NCBI GenBank assembly: GCA_000388065.2
Contig: KB932204.1
Reading direction: 5' to 3' (one strand)
DNA length: 20,473 nucleotides
From: Fonticula alba ATCC 38817
Lineage: Eukaryota; Protista; Nucleariida
The notes beneath the pieces are model-generated. The model saw only the letters and a program-made list of their open reading frames with translations, was not told where the DNA came from and did no database searches. This document shows positions 19,689 to 20,473 of the stretch, one piece after another. The translations under genes and the position numbers were made by a program. Position 1 is the stretch's first letter; each line of letters begins with the position of its first letter.

Positions 19689-20193
19689 GGGGTGGTGTTT
19701 GCCCCTCGATTTTCGATCGCTCCCCCCTCCAGGAGACAGCCTTTCGGAGGAAGCCCCTTTGAATATGCACGCTACACTATAGCCCCCTCACTCGTTCTCT
19801 TTCTCCCTCTCTCGCGCGTGCCCGGTATCTTCCTCTCGCCGTGCACCTTTCGGGTCTGTCCCATCCTGAGCCACCGATCCAGGGCTGCACGCCCCATGCA
19901 CACGGGAAGATATGCGTATTTGGATTATTTTCTGCCTCTCAAGAGAACAAGGGGGAGAGCGCCCCGGAGAGGAGGGGAGAAAGGGGAGGGGGAGGGGGGG
20001 GGGGGGATTGAAGCGCAGTGCACATGAACACAAGGGAGGAGGGAAAGGGGAGGGGACCTCATCAGGGAGGCAGCAGTGCCCGATCCAGGAAGAGGACAAA
20101 GGCCGGGGAGGGGGAGAGAGAGAGTCCCAAAGGACACCCTCAGGTCTGAGAGCTAGGTGGTGTGGTCATGGTGGGTGTAGAATGATCAGGCCC

Positions 20194-20378
20194 CTAGCAG
20201 CAGCCAGAGCTCTCCTCCGCCTGGCTGTCACCACCCGTGGATGAGTCCAAACTGGGGCTGCTGTTGAGGTTGATGGTGTTCGCTCCGGGGATCTTGGCCG
20301 TCAGCTGGCCGCCCTCGTGCTTGTCTAGTTCCTTGGCGACAGCCAAGATGCTGTCCAGCAGGAAGTCCATGGCTTCGT
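20194..20378 (-). CDS. Last exon of a Rab-family small GTPase (possibly Rab32/38-like); rest of the gene lies beyond the window
   Basis: Branch-like GCTGAC, T7 and a CAG acceptor at 20381-20379. The exon encodes (D)EAMDFLLDSILAVAKELD...NTINLN...EESSGCC*, i.e. a helix-5-like segment, a hypervariable tail and a terminal CC geranylgeranylation motif. The GTP-binding motifs are not in the window. Confidence 0.6.
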
Positions 20379-20473
20379 CTGCAGACCCGACAGAAGGGGC
20401 AAAAAAAGTCAGCATCCAATGGTGGGAAGTCGGCGCGTGGGAGGAGTACCAATGGGACAGGGGGGGGGGGGGG

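Overview
GC-rich, intron-dense eukaryotic genomic DNA with four N gaps (8304-8794, 11625-11674, 15006-15028, 16970-17029) and many poly-C/poly-G and dinucleotide tracts. The style fits a GC-rich opisthokont protist such as Fonticula, but that is inference only. Hand-splicing gives frame-consistent gene models: TFIIF beta subunit (-, 5 exons, 333 aa), DIS3/Rrp44 exosome nuclease (-, 5' end in the gap), an orphan Pro/Ser-rich protein (+, 2 exons), COG8/Dor1-like Golgi tether (-, 9 exons, 981 aa), a ZnT7/SLC30A7-like zinc transporter (+, 4 exons, 584 aa) and the last exon of a Rab GTPase ending in CC (-). I see no mobile element, CRISPR array or clearly novel multi-gene system. The most interesting signals are a 5' splice-site consensus (GTGCGT) with no A at +4 in 22 of 22 modelled introns, three histidine tracts in the zinc transporter, a degenerate tRNA-Asp-like element, large insertions in COG8 and the orphan gene.
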